Shown here in pieces: positions 44,459 through 54,961 of a stretch of DNA of 64,000 bases (positions are counted from its first letter, which is position 1; each line of letters starts with the position of its first letter). The stretch comes from a virus. Taxonomy: Duplodnaviria > Caudoviricetes. The translations under genes and the position numbers were made by a program. The DNA lies in IMG/VR virus record IMGVR_UViG_3300037067_013742, positions 32,001 through 96,000 of that record; one strand, given 5' to 3'. The notes under the pieces are model-generated. The model was not told the DNA's origin, did no database searches, and worked only from the letters and a program-made list of their open reading frames with translations.

Positions 44459-46585
44459 ATGAGTTGGTTTAGTCGATTTGTTCAGTGGATGTTTAGGCCT
44501 ACCCCTGTTGTCCTAAGTCGGCAAAGTGAGATAACTATTGTAGACCCACCTCTTCTTCCGAGAAAGGCTCAAGATGCAGAGCCTGTTCGTAAGGCTCCTG
44601 TTCCGGGAACTTTAAAAAACCCACGGCCAGAAGAGGTTGTTAAGTCTAGAGGCCTTTCATACTTTACAGTTGAGACTGGTCAGTCTGAGTGGGTCTATCC
44701 TCAGTATGATCATCTGGAAGTTGAAGTAATCTATGACATTGAGTCTTATGCTGCGCGAGCAACAAGGGCAAAGTTAGCCCTCTTCTTAAAAGAGGGATTT
44801 GAGTTTGTAGCTCGTGATGATAAGCGGGCTGATTATATTAGAGCAAGAATCTCTCAGATGGAGAGGGCAACTTGTATCCCATTTGATTTGTTACTATTTC
44901 AGGTGTGCCGTGATCTTATTGTTCACTCTAATGCTTATTGGGTGAAGGTTCGTAAGGAAAGCGCGTCTGGCGGGCGTACAAGGAAACTTGGGAAGAAGGA
45001 AATTAAACCAGTTGCTGGTTACTTTCCACTTCCTCCAGAAACAATGGTTCCACTTGTAGATACATCTAATACTATTGTTTCTTGGAAACAAGTAATTGGC
45101 GATTCGGAAAGAATCTTCTCAACCGACGATATTGTTCACTTTTATACTAATCGTAAGGTTGGTTACCCATTAGGCGTTCCCTCTATCTGGCCGGCAATAG
45201 ATGACATTCGTGCTCTACGAAGTCTTGAAGCAAACTTAGATGTTCTTGTTCATAAACACCTCTTTCCAGTCTTCCTCTGGAAGGTTGGAACCGAAACTCG
45301 GCCGGCTCAGACATATGCTGACGGAACTACAGAGATTTCCGAAATCCAAAGTCGTGTTGCAGAAATGCCAACAGAGGGATCACTTGTAGTATCTGAGCGC
45401 ATAACTGTTGACTCTATTGGCGCAGAGAATAAAGCACTACGAGTTGAATTCTATCTAAAGCATTACGTAGAGAGACTACTTGCTGGTCTCGATGTATCTT
45501 CTATTGACGTTGGAATTGGAGACTCGTCAAGTAGATCTACGGCCCAGACCCTCTCTAGAAATCTTATGGACGTTGTAAAACTTAATCAGATTACAATCGA
45601 ACGGTTTATGGAGAGTGTAATCGCAGAACTACTTCTTGAGTCTACGTTCTCTGAGAAGACAATCTTTGATGCTGATAATCTTGTCCATCTCAAATTCCAA
45701 GAGATTGATAAGGAGGCAAAGCTAGCCAACGGCAATTACCTTATGGATATCTTCATTAAGAATGGAATTACTCATTCTGAAATGAGGGTTGGTATGGGCC
45801 GAGATCCATTAACTCCAGAAGAGGAGATGGATCTTGCCTGGAATAAATGGGATCGAGAGAAGGCTCTTATTACGGCTGGCGACGAAACTCTTGTTTATAA
45901 ATCTGCCCCAACTACGACTGGCCCTACGTCTACAAAGAAGCCGTCTGGCGCGGTTGGTAACAAGAACAGGCCAAAGAACCAGCATGGTACCAGGAAGTCT
46001 CCTAAGTTAAATAGAGACTCTTTTGTTGCGGGGAATAACCCAGATAGTAACCCAATTCTATATTGGTATAACGCTATAAGAGATGAGCTACAGATTAGGT
46101 GGGCCGCAGATAATCGTCTCGACTTGGTTAAGGCTGAAGTAGATATTCGGGCAACCTTTGCTCTTGCCGTAAAGGACATGAATGAAATCCTCCATCGGAT
46201 TATCAGGGAAGAGTATCGAGACCCAGAAACTATCTATGGCATTTATAAGATGGCGGATTCTCGAGTAGAGAGCTATGTAGCTAAGTTGGAGAGAGATCTA
46301 ATTTCTCAGCTAAAGACTAGCTCTTATAGCCCCAACGTTATATTTGAATCTCTTAAGTTCAGAGCTGTACTTATCGGCGAAACCGAGAGGCAATGGGCTC
46401 GTAATGCAGCTTCTCTAAGATGGCTTCGAAAGTTTAAGGTTGACATAGAGATTGTTGGCAGTGATACAATGTGCGATGTATGCAGGTCCAAATTGACCAC
46501 CATTAGGGCGGATGATAGACTCGAAGAAGTTGAGATTCCACCATTTCACCCGCTTTGTGGATGTGGACTAAAGGTTGTTCAGTAG
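44459..46585 (+). CDS. portal protein with C-terminal MuF-like head morphogenesis domain
   Basis: DLIVHSNAYW, DDIVHF..GYPLGVP, GIT..EMR..MGRDP; C-terminal CDVC...PPFHPLCGC. Confidence 0.85.
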   Translation: MSWFSRFVQWMFRPTPVVLSRQSEITIVDPPLLPRKAQDAEPVRKAPVPGTLKNPRPEEVVKSRGLSYFTVETGQSEWVYPQYDHLEVEVIYDIESYAARATRAKLALFLKEGFEFVARDDKRADYIRARISQMERATCIPFDLLLFQVCRDLIVHSNAYWVKVRKESASGGRTRKLGKKEIKPVAGYFPLPPETMVPLVDTSNTIVSWKQVIGDSERIFSTDDIVHFYTNRKVGYPLGVPSIWPAIDDIRALRSLEANLDVLVHKHLFPVFLWKVGTETRPAQTYADGTTEISEIQSRVAEMPTEGSLVVSERITVDSIGAENKALRVEFYLKHYVERLLAGLDVSSIDVGIGDSSSRSTAQTLSRNLMDVVKLNQITIERFMESVIAELLLESTFSEKTIFDADNLVHLKFQEIDKEAKLANGNYLMDIFIKNGITHSEMRVGMGRDPLTPEEEMDLAWNKWDREKALITAGDETLVYKSAPTTTGPTSTKKPSGAVGNKNRPKNQHGTRKSPKLNRDSFVAGNNPDSNPILYWYNAIRDELQIRWAADNRLDLVKAEVDIRATFALAVKDMNEILHRIIREEYRDPETIYGIYKMADSRVESYVAKLERDLISQLKTSSYSPNVIFESLKFRAVLIGETERQWARNAASLRWLRKFKVDIEIVGSDTMCDVCRSKLTTIRADDRLEEVEIPPFHPLCGCGLKVVQ

Positions 46586-46594
46586 GAAGGCGAT

Positions 46595-48262
46595 ATGACT
46601 TTTAACATTAATGAGCTTAAAGACTTCTTCCTCTTTTCGCCTTCCGCGGGGAGAGCTGGTGGTCAGAGTGCAGATCCTAATGCCCGCCAAATGTCCCTTA
46701 CTGGTAAAGGCCTAAAGGTAACTCTTCGGGCCTCTCATGCTGGTATGAGGAATCGCAACTGGACCATGTATGCTCCAGACGGTATGCGCAATAGTTGTCA
46801 TACCTGGGTTTACCCATATCAGAAGCCAGTTCAAGTTCATCATGACGATATGGCCGATCCAATCGGTCGTATCATTGGAGCAAGATACGCCCCCTTCGAA
46901 GCATCTGCTAACCTATCTCAAGATATGGTAACGGCAATGCGTCTTTTTGACGCAGCGAAGTCAGATACAGATATCGTAGATGCCGCAAACCTTCTGGACG
47001 AAGCCGGGGTTCTTGATGGAGAAGACTGGAAGGGCGTTGGAGAGCTACTATTCGATACGGTTATTATGGATGCCGATGCTGCTCAGAAAGTCCTAGATGG
47101 AAGATATCTGACTGTTTCTGTTTCCCAGCATCCAAAGAAGGCCCTATGCTCGATCTGTCATCAGGACTGGGTTGAAAAGGGTCAGTGTAAGCACGAGCGT
47201 GGAGAGGTAGACGAAGAAACCGGCAAGCGGATGTTCTTGATCGTTGGCGACACTCGTGGTACAGAAGTTTCATTTATCAATCATCCCGCTGACGAGTTTG
47301 CTGGGCCTTCAGAAATAAGGCCTATTAGCATTGATCAGCAGGCTGAGGGAGCAGAGCCTCTTAAGGACTTTGTAATTAAGACAGAGGCATTTGTTTCTTT
47401 AGAGCTCTTTGATGCTGAGGAGATTCATACTATGAAGGTAGACGATGTGGCTCCAGTCATCGAACCAACACCAGTTGTAGAGCCGGTGATTGAGCCGGTA
47501 GTCGTAGAGCCTGTTATTACAGAGTCTGTTAAAGAGGAGCCTGTTATTACAGAGCCAGACAAGCCACTAGACCAGACTGTTGCTGAAGCAATGAAGCTTT
47601 TATTTACAGACAGTAAGTTTACTGACGAAGATCTTCTTAGAGAGCATGCTGAGATTGAGAAGGTTCTTGCAGAACGAAATGTTAAGATTGATCACCCTTG
47701 CTCTACCTGTTCCGAGAAGGATGCTCAACTTAAGGACCTGGCTGTTCTTCCAGAAAAGGTTCGTGATCTAGAGGGCACTCTTCGTATTGTTCGTTCAGAG
47801 TGGCAAGAGGTTGTAGCGAGTCAGAAGGTTATGACTGATCTTAATGCCGACACTCTTGTCGAGCTAGAAACTACTCTGAAGAAATACGTAAAGCTTGCAG
47901 AACTAATTCTGGACAAAGACTCTAAGGAAGAGGAGATTGACTCCAAGGTTGAGGCTCTCTCTCTTGATTCTCTCCGTAAGTCTCTTGCAGAAACTGATCT
48001 TACAGAGGCAATTTCATTCATTCGGAGTGGTTTAGTTAGGAAACCAGAAGAAAAGATTACGATTTCTGATGCCGCTCCGGTTGAAATTAAGCCTCTTCCA
48101 ACTGTAGAAGATGCAACTTTAGAGTATGCAAAGCAGCTCGTAAATACTCGTAAACGTTCTGGATTCAGTGCGGCGAATGAATATCTTGGGCAGCTAAAGC
48201 GGAGGGGAAAGTTAGAAAAAGACTTCTCTCTTGCCAAGGCCGAAGAACTTGTGGCAAAATGA
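46595..48262 (+). CDS. prohead protease with scaffold-like C-terminus
   Basis: HHD..DPIGRI, DGRYLTVSV, CSIC..CKH, EVSFINHPAD; coiled-coil tail. Confidence 0.8.
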   Translation: MTFNINELKDFFLFSPSAGRAGGQSADPNARQMSLTGKGLKVTLRASHAGMRNRNWTMYAPDGMRNSCHTWVYPYQKPVQVHHDDMADPIGRIIGARYAPFEASANLSQDMVTAMRLFDAAKSDTDIVDAANLLDEAGVLDGEDWKGVGELLFDTVIMDADAAQKVLDGRYLTVSVSQHPKKALCSICHQDWVEKGQCKHERGEVDEETGKRMFLIVGDTRGTEVSFINHPADEFAGPSEIRPISIDQQAEGAEPLKDFVIKTEAFVSLELFDAEEIHTMKVDDVAPVIEPTPVVEPVIEPVVVEPVITESVKEEPVITEPDKPLDQTVAEAMKLLFTDSKFTDEDLLREHAEIEKVLAERNVKIDHPCSTCSEKDAQLKDLAVLPEKVRDLEGTLRIVRSEWQEVVASQKVMTDLNADTLVELETTLKKYVKLAELILDKDSKEEEIDSKVEALSLDSLRKSLAETDLTEAISFIRSGLVRKPEEKITISDAAPVEIKPLPTVEDATLEYAKQLVNTRKRSGFSAANEYLGQLKRRGKLEKDFSLAKAEELVAK

Positions 48263-48282
48263 TTAAGCAAGGAGCGAATTAG

Positions 48283-49674
48283 ATGGCTACTCGGATGTAC
48301 GAAGCAAACTTCAAGCAGTGGGATCATTCCGGTAACGTGGTCCCAGAAGTTGAGCACTCGGAAAGTCAGTATCCCAGTGCAGAGCTAAAGCCGGCTGCTT
48401 GGCTGCCAGTCCAGAGATACGACAAGAAGAATGAGTCTTATGCCGTTATCAATGCTGGTAAAGTCATTGCGGTTGATCGTGAAGGTCGGGTAGTCCCGGC
48501 TGGTCTTCGCAAGGCCTTTGAGGTTGGTGGTGGTACTACAGTACTTACCTATACTGCAACCGACTCAACTGAAGGTGTTATTGACCTTGCCACCGGGTCG
48601 ACCGTAGCTGCTGCTGGCTCAACCTATACCCAGGCTCAGCTAACGGCTGCTCTGAAGACTCGTAACCTAATTCGCTCGACTGAGTATGCCTGTGACTTCA
48701 TCAGTCGCCCGGTTGGTTACGCTCCTTACTCTTTCTGGAAATGGTGTGGTGGTGATGGCTACAACCCCGCTCAGTTCGTGCAGCACAACTACTGCCTCCA
48801 GACTCAGGTAGCTGCTGGTTGTGATAAGGTCCTCCAGATCCCCCACCTACCAGCAGTAGAGACTGCTGAGGTAATGGGCGACGGCGGCGCGATCAGTGAT
48901 ATCGCTATCGTCTTTGGTGGTGGCGGTCCGTCAGCAGTTGCCTGGAAGAGCGCAACTGGTATTCACGCTACCCTAAAGTACGCAAGCCTTGTTGCTGCTA
49001 CTGATAACGTAATTGCCTACGTCTTTGGTGAGTATCCAGTTGCCAAGAATATCTCCTGGACAACTCCGATTACCGACTCAGCTAGCAACCTAGCTTCGAT
49101 GACCGAGGTAAACTCAATCGCCGATGTCATTGCTGGTGGTAGCTCGTACTACTACATCGATTACGAAGCCGGTGTTATGTTCCTCTATGAGGCTGGCGGC
49201 AACGCCGTCCCAGCAGCTTGGACTAACGGCGCAACGACTATCACCTACTACAGCTACGAGAACGTAGCAACGGGCAGTGCCAACTACGCAACCGTAATTG
49301 GTGATATCAACGTTGGTGACTTTGTTACCTTTAACGCCACTTCAGACTACATCAAGTGGGTTCCCGATATCGGTACCTGCTCTGGTAATGCTGGTGATGT
49401 CTATGCTGGCGATCCTGATTATCCGGGTGGTGTTGCAGCTACCATTTCGGCTCAGCTTGAGGCCTTCACTAGGGACTCTGTAATGCAGGTTATCGGTCAG
49501 GTTGTCGCAGTTTGGACCTGGCCGCGCAGCGCACTAGATAAGGTTGCTACTCAGTATACGCAGCTGTCAGTGATGGAGCGTATGCCAGGTACGGCAACTC
49601 TAGGCATGACAGATGCCCTCAGTCAGAGCGGCTCTGCTAACAAGATGGTAATTATCAACTTCTGCGCACGTTAA
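48283..49674 (+). CDS. capsid decoration/minor capsid protein
   Basis: Between protease and MCP, Ala/Gly/Thr-rich, strong codon bias. Confidence 0.65.
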   Translation: MATRMYEANFKQWDHSGNVVPEVEHSESQYPSAELKPAAWLPVQRYDKKNESYAVINAGKVIAVDREGRVVPAGLRKAFEVGGGTTVLTYTATDSTEGVIDLATGSTVAAAGSTYTQAQLTAALKTRNLIRSTEYACDFISRPVGYAPYSFWKWCGGDGYNPAQFVQHNYCLQTQVAAGCDKVLQIPHLPAVETAEVMGDGGAISDIAIVFGGGGPSAVAWKSATGIHATLKYASLVAATDNVIAYVFGEYPVAKNISWTTPITDSASNLASMTEVNSIADVIAGGSSYYYIDYEAGVMFLYEAGGNAVPAAWTNGATTITYYSYENVATGSANYATVIGDINVGDFVTFNATSDYIKWVPDIGTCSGNAGDVYAGDPDYPGGVAATISAQLEAFTRDSVMQVIGQVVAVWTWPRSALDKVATQYTQLSVMERMPGTATLGMTDALSQSGSANKMVIINFCAR

Positions 49675-49698
49675 AGAAGGGCAGCGGAGGAAAGTAAA

Positions 49699-50994
49699 AT
49701 GTCCGGTAGATTCCAAGATTTCGATCACTTCAACTCGGTACTCCAGTCTAGGGGTTTGGACCTTTCCGACCGCGATAAGAATGGAATACCTAAGAAGGTC
49801 TCTCTAAGAGACTGGCTAGATGCGGGCAAGGAACAGCTAAAAGAGGTTATTGGCTCTGGAGTTAAGCTTCAGGACACAATCTCTACTCCTGACATTACTC
49901 CTTGGCTACCTCAGGTAATCGAGCGTAATGTTATGGAGGCGGTTGAGCCCCTTCTCGTCCTAACCTCTCTCTTTGAGAAGATGAGCTACGAGCCAGGGCA
50001 GATTCTAGAGTTCCCTGCTGTCGGCGCAGTAAGTGCTGCTGATATCGCAGAGCTAGAGTCTTATCCACTCGTTCGTCTGCAGGAGAGTGGAGCTACTGTT
50101 ACGGCAAAGACCGGTAAGAGTGGTATCGCTTTTGAGATCTCGGAAGAGGCTCAGATGCGGTCAAAGTACGACCTTATTGGGATGCACACTCGCGCTTGTG
50201 GCCGGGCCCTTGCTCGGCACAAGGAAGTTAAGGCTGCCAACTTCCTGCTCAACATGGGCGTTGTTGCCTTTGACAACCGGACTCCAACTAGCTCAATGTT
50301 TGGTGTAACAACCGGACGTGGGTTTGATGGTACTGCAAACGGGTCAATGATTCTTGATAACCTGTTTGATACCTTCTCTCTCGTTATGGCTCAGGGTTTC
50401 ATGCCCAATACCCTAATCATGAACCCCATGACTTATGTCATGTTCCTTAAGGATGAGGTTCTAAGGGCAATCACTCTAGCTGGTGGTAATCAGGTTTGGT
50501 ATGCCTCATGGCGTGGCACTCCAGTTCGCCTTGGTCCCGGATCAAGAACTGGCGTATCTGGTGGTCGGGCGATTGTTCCTGGTAGCGCAGCTTCAGGCGA
50601 GACAGCCACAGCCACAAGGGACTATCCTCAGGATGTTGATAGTGCTCCTATCCTTCCTGGCCGTTGGCCCTTCCCGCTTCGCATCGTTGTGTCGCCGTTT
50701 ATCCCGTTCGACGCGCCGACCAAGCGGACCGACATCATCGTATGTGATGGTAGCGAGCTCGGCTTCTACATTGAGGAGCACGGAGTAAAGGTTCAGGAGT
50801 GGCAGGACCTAGCAATTGATTCGACTAAGTACAAGCTCAAGGAGCGTTATTGCTTCCACGTAGCAAATGAGGGTCTTGCTATTGCCGTTATGAAGAACGT
50901 AAGAGTTGTACCGAACGAGATTAACCTGCCTGCTCAGGTTACCCATGCCGTAAGCGGCTCGCTCCAGCCTATCCCTGCAACTACCCCAGTCTGA
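49699..50994 (+). CDS. major capsid protein
   Basis: HK97-like pattern: E-loop, KSG..FEISEE, LIMNP, KLKERY; position in module. Confidence 0.88.
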   Translation: MSGRFQDFDHFNSVLQSRGLDLSDRDKNGIPKKVSLRDWLDAGKEQLKEVIGSGVKLQDTISTPDITPWLPQVIERNVMEAVEPLLVLTSLFEKMSYEPGQILEFPAVGAVSAADIAELESYPLVRLQESGATVTAKTGKSGIAFEISEEAQMRSKYDLIGMHTRACGRALARHKEVKAANFLLNMGVVAFDNRTPTSSMFGVTTGRGFDGTANGSMILDNLFDTFSLVMAQGFMPNTLIMNPMTYVMFLKDEVLRAITLAGGNQVWYASWRGTPVRLGPGSRTGVSGGRAIVPGSAASGETATATRDYPQDVDSAPILPGRWPFPLRIVVSPFIPFDAPTKRTDIIVCDGSELGFYIEEHGVKVQEWQDLAIDSTKYKLKERYCFHVANEGLAIAVMKNVRVVPNEINLPAQVTHAVSGSLQPIPATTPV

Positions 50995-51047
50995 TAGTCC
51001 TTAGATAGTCTTCCAAATGTGTTAGTATTCCTCTAGTCAGGAGGAAT

Positions 51048-51749
51048 ATGGGCACTATCTCTATCCAGCTAAGAAAGACAAAATTTGCTCCATGGGGCAT
51101 TCTTCGAGACTCTATCGTTCGCGGAAACAGAGTCCCTCTTCCAATTATTTGGCTTACCGAAGATGAACCGTTTAAGCAGATTGAAGAAGAGGACTTATAT
51201 GAGTCGGAGATACAGAAGATTCTGATGTCTGCTCAGTTAGGGACAATTGAGGTTAGTGGTATTTATGTCCCGCCGCCAATTCTTCCAACTGTAGTTGCTC
51301 CGGTGGTAGATGAAGTAAGTCGGGAGCAAATGGTCTTTGACGTTACCTCCCTTATTAAGAGGGAAGACGAATTAAGAGAACAAGATGCGATAGAGCGGAG
51401 AGAACGTCTCCAGAGATCAATAAAGAGTAAAGTGGCCGACTATCCAGAAGTCGAGACTTTTTTAAATAGGCATGCGTCTACTGTAAAAAAGGCACTTAAA
51501 GAGCTAGCCACTAAAGAGGCGCCCATTACTTTCTTTTCTGCCTGTAAGAGTGCTGAAGAAGCCGGGAAAAATAGACCCGGAGTTCTATTATTGATTGTAG
51601 AGATTCTCCGTAGGAAGATTGCGGCTGTGGGAGTCGATACTGCTTTCGATAGAGGCAGTGGACGATCAACCCTAGCCGATGCTTATTACACAATGATTGA
51701 AGAGGAGGAGGATGAGGAGGAAGTACCTCCTTGTATCCCTTCCGTCTAG
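51048..51749 (+). CDS. hypothetical protein
   Basis: GGAGG RBS. Confidence 0.65.
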   Translation: MGTISIQLRKTKFAPWGILRDSIVRGNRVPLPIIWLTEDEPFKQIEEEDLYESEIQKILMSAQLGTIEVSGIYVPPPILPTVVAPVVDEVSREQMVFDVTSLIKREDELREQDAIERRERLQRSIKSKVADYPEVETFLNRHASTVKKALKELATKEAPITFFSACKSAEEAGKNRPGVLLLIVEILRRKIAAVGVDTAFDRGSGRSTLADAYYTMIEEEEDEEEVPPCIPSV

Positions 51750-51801
51750 TCGTACCCATTCTTGTCTTTACCCACCCTCTCTTTCACTGTAAAATCTAGC
51801 T

Positions 51802-53556
51802 ATGGCAGCTCCAACCATAGTTTCTACAGTTCCAACTTCTGGGGCTGTTAGCGTTCCCGTAAATGTCGAGATAGAAGTAATCTTCGATCAAGAGATTGAT
51901 TTATATCGTCTTCGTAATGGTGGAATCATTCTAGAAGGCCCAGACCAAAGTAAGAGCATTGGTCCCGCTTTCATAGAGATGATGCCCCCTAACACCGACG
52001 AGGACGATCTCTTAACTTCTCCTGGATATAAAGGAATCGTTGGAGTTGATTACGAATTTAAACGGGTAGATGGTTCTGGGGCTGAGGTTAGTTATTACGA
52101 TTATGGCGATACCTCTGGGGCTGGTGGGATTTATAGAACTAAGGTAGTTCTCACGCCTACTAAACCACTGGCCCCACTAACTGAATATACCGTTTTTGTT
52201 GTTGGCGACGAAGATACAACTGATGCCTATGATTTTGGTCTTTCTACCAGAACGATATTCGATCCAAGGAAGGGCGCGAATTTTGGCAATGGCGAAGTTG
52301 TATTTTATGGAAGTTATTCTGGATCTATAAGACAACAATTCTTTATTGAAATTACAGTTGCCGGGACTGCCGGAACTGCTGAGTATGAGTGGTGGACTTC
52401 GACTGATACAGTTCGGCTATCCGCTATCTCTACTATTGGATACAGACTTCTTAGTGATGGCGTCAAGATAAAGTTCTTGCAAGGTCTCAACTTTGCGGTA
52501 GGTGATACTTTCTCTGTTTGGTGTGACGTCCCCGTATTTATGAATGGGTCGTCCAAGTTCTCGTTTACAACCTCAAATCAATCTCCGACCACTCTTCCAG
52601 TTCCTTCAACTTCTTTAATTGGGGGGACGGGGACCGGGACAACAACCTCTACTTTTGAAGTATCTTCTAGTAATCCATCTGATAGACAATCTATGGTTCC
52701 CTATGCCTCAACTTCATATAGCGTAACTTTTAGCGGGGATATAGATGCTTCTACAATTACAGATAGCTCTGTCACACTAGAGGGTCATCCAGCAGATGAC
52801 TCTATAAGCGGGGTTAATTATACTGCGACTATCCTAAAGACCTTGTCTGTTTCTGGTGCTATTCTGACGATAACTCCAACTCCAATAGGTCAAGTCTATG
52901 CTAATAACGTTGTTCTAATTACCTTAGATTCTAGTATTGCCGATACAAGTGGAACTACATTAGGCGCAGATTACACCTACTTTTTCGGGACAACACTAAC
53001 CCCATTTTATGCAGGTATAAGGCAGGTTCTCCTGAGGCTTGGTTCCGCAGGCAACTATTTTCCCGAAGAGACAATTGCCTTTGCTATATGGGAAGCAAGT
53101 AGACTAGCAACAGCTTATACCCCAAGCGCAGTTCTTAATTCAACTGTCTTTACAGAAGCTAGGAGACAGTTTGTAATTTGCTATGCGGCCTGGATTTTAA
53201 TCACATCGGGAGCTGGTGGTACTGGTGGCTCGGTTAGAAAACGTCTTGGCGATTTTGACGTAAGCCGAAGTGAATCTTCTATTGGCGGATTAGATGACGC
53301 CCTAAAGGATTGTTGGGAGCGTTATCTTGAAATGCTTGAGGGCGGTGGAGATATTCATGGTCTTGAGGCTTCTCGTCCAGTAAATGTAGTCAAGGGAGAT
53401 ATGTCTTACGACGAACCTCACTACGGACGCTTATGGGAGATTCCATCTGCCCCAATTGCCAATGCTAGGGTTCTCTATACAGACCACCGTCGTTGGGTCA
53501 GAAGTAATATGACTCGTGGTGGTTATTGGTGGAAGTTTGGGAATAGTGATGACTAG
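51802..53556 (+). CDS. Ig-like domain head-tail adaptor protein
   Basis: PTIVSTVP..GA..VPVN..IEVIFDQ and a second Ig repeat; C-terminal KRLGDFDVS adaptor-like motif. Confidence 0.7.
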   Translation: MAAPTIVSTVPTSGAVSVPVNVEIEVIFDQEIDLYRLRNGGIILEGPDQSKSIGPAFIEMMPPNTDEDDLLTSPGYKGIVGVDYEFKRVDGSGAEVSYYDYGDTSGAGGIYRTKVVLTPTKPLAPLTEYTVFVVGDEDTTDAYDFGLSTRTIFDPRKGANFGNGEVVFYGSYSGSIRQQFFIEITVAGTAGTAEYEWWTSTDTVRLSAISTIGYRLLSDGVKIKFLQGLNFAVGDTFSVWCDVPVFMNGSSKFSFTTSNQSPTTLPVPSTSLIGGTGTGTTTSTFEVSSSNPSDRQSMVPYASTSYSVTFSGDIDASTITDSSVTLEGHPADDSISGVNYTATILKTLSVSGAILTITPTPIGQVYANNVVLITLDSSIADTSGTTLGADYTYFFGTTLTPFYAGIRQVLLRLGSAGNYFPEETIAFAIWEASRLATAYTPSAVLNSTVFTEARRQFVICYAAWILITSGAGGTGGSVRKRLGDFDVSRSESSIGGLDDALKDCWERYLEMLEGGGDIHGLEASRPVNVVKGDMSYDEPHYGRLWEIPSAPIANARVLYTDHRRWVRSNMTRGGYWWKFGNSDD

Positions 53557-54160
53557 TTCTTGGAGGACGTTGTTCCCTAATACGGTTGCGGAGTCTGCGC
53601 TATCGGTTGTTTCGGCGACTTCTTCCGTTGGGGCTATTGACTTAAGGTCGGAATTTACCTCCTTAATTATGGGTTCTTCGGATGATATTCCTATTGGGCG
53701 GACCCTAATTCTTAGAAGGATGAGACGAGACTCTTCCGATGCAAGGGTTCCTTGTCTCTGCTTGGATGAGACGTATCACGAACCGGATATTGATTTTCCC
53801 TGTTCAAGTTGTCAGGGAGCTGGGTATTTATGGGACGAAGAAATTATTTATGGTTATCGGCAGGTAGCTGCGGCAACAAGTGGAAGTAATGCGGCGGTTA
53901 ACTTTGACAAATCTGAGGTTGGATCCTTGTATGTCCCGGCTACAAAATTCTACTTCTTATATGACGCGAACTTAAAACGGGAAGATATTATTGTAGATAT
54001 TGAACTTGATGTAGATGGAGCCCCAGTTCTTCCATATAATCGTATTGGTTTTCAAGAGGTTAACTTGGTTAGGTCTATGCGTTCAGATAATGGAAGAATA
54101 GAATTTTGGGTTTGCGATACGCAAAGAACTGGCCCTAAGACTCATGGGTATCAAATCTAA
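53549..54160 (+). CDS. putative head closure/neck protein
   Basis: CxC...CxxCxGxG, RSDNGRIEFW; position. Confidence 0.6.
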   Translation: MTSSWRTLFPNTVAESALSVVSATSSVGAIDLRSEFTSLIMGSSDDIPIGRTLILRRMRRDSSDARVPCLCLDETYHEPDIDFPCSSCQGAGYLWDEEIIYGYRQVAAATSGSNAAVNFDKSEVGSLYVPATKFYFLYDANLKREDIIVDIELDVDGAPVLPYNRIGFQEVNLVRSMRSDNGRIEFWVCDTQRTGPKTHGYQI

Positions 54161-54909
54161 TGACTGGATTAGTTGGCGAGAGTCTTATACGACAAGACCT
54201 AGAGACAGAATTAGCCGGACGACTTACCGCTAGCACGAGAAGAGATCTACTAGAAGGTGGGCAAGTTCTTCGTCTTGAGGATATTGCTCAGCCAACCGAT
54301 AGATCAAAGACTATAACAGTCAAAACTCTAATGGAGTTTTATGATTTGTTTCGTAAGGTTATGGAGGCTGCACGGATTCAAGACGGCTTTGAACATGAGA
54401 TTAGATTCTCTAAGGAGTTTCCTCCCGTTGAGGGTGAGCTTCCTTGCTTTACAGGGTCTTTAATAAGGAGAGAACCATATAGCGTAAATGGTCGTAAGGA
54501 ATTAGCAGCTAGGTTTATGGAGGAGATTGAAGACCCAGACTTCCCCGGTGATGTTATAGAGCGTTACCAAAGGAGGCAGACAAACACTGTTCGTATAACC
54601 GTTTGGGCCAAAACAAGTAAGGTTGCAGACGAACTAGCAGAATGGATTGAAGATAAGTTCTATGAGAATCTTTGGATCTTTCAATGGTGTGGATTATCTC
54701 ATCCAATTATTTGGCTTGGTCGTGAGAGTGACCGAGAAGAAACAGTCCGAAACCAGAAAATGTATGCAGCTCCATTAACCTTCCAGGTAATAACTGCGAA
54801 GATAACACAGCGGAGAAGTACGGCACTTCGTAACGTTGCCGTAAGGATTGGGCTCTTAATTGACGATAATATAAGGGATAGGATTGAGTCAGACCTTCAA
54901 AATCCTTGA
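54160..54909 (+). CDS. putative tail terminator/neck protein
   Basis: Directly before the sheath; ITVWAKT...ADELAEWIE. Confidence 0.6.
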   Translation: MTGLVGESLIRQDLETELAGRLTASTRRDLLEGGQVLRLEDIAQPTDRSKTITVKTLMEFYDLFRKVMEAARIQDGFEHEIRFSKEFPPVEGELPCFTGSLIRREPYSVNGRKELAARFMEEIEDPDFPGDVIERYQRRQTNTVRITVWAKTSKVADELAEWIEDKFYENLWIFQWCGLSHPIIWLGRESDREETVRNQKMYAAPLTFQVITAKITQRRSTALRNVAVRIGLLIDDNIRDRIESDLQNP

Positions 54910-54961
54910 CGCTGAACCGTTTTACACGGTACCATTACTTGGTACCAAGTGAGGAGCTTTA

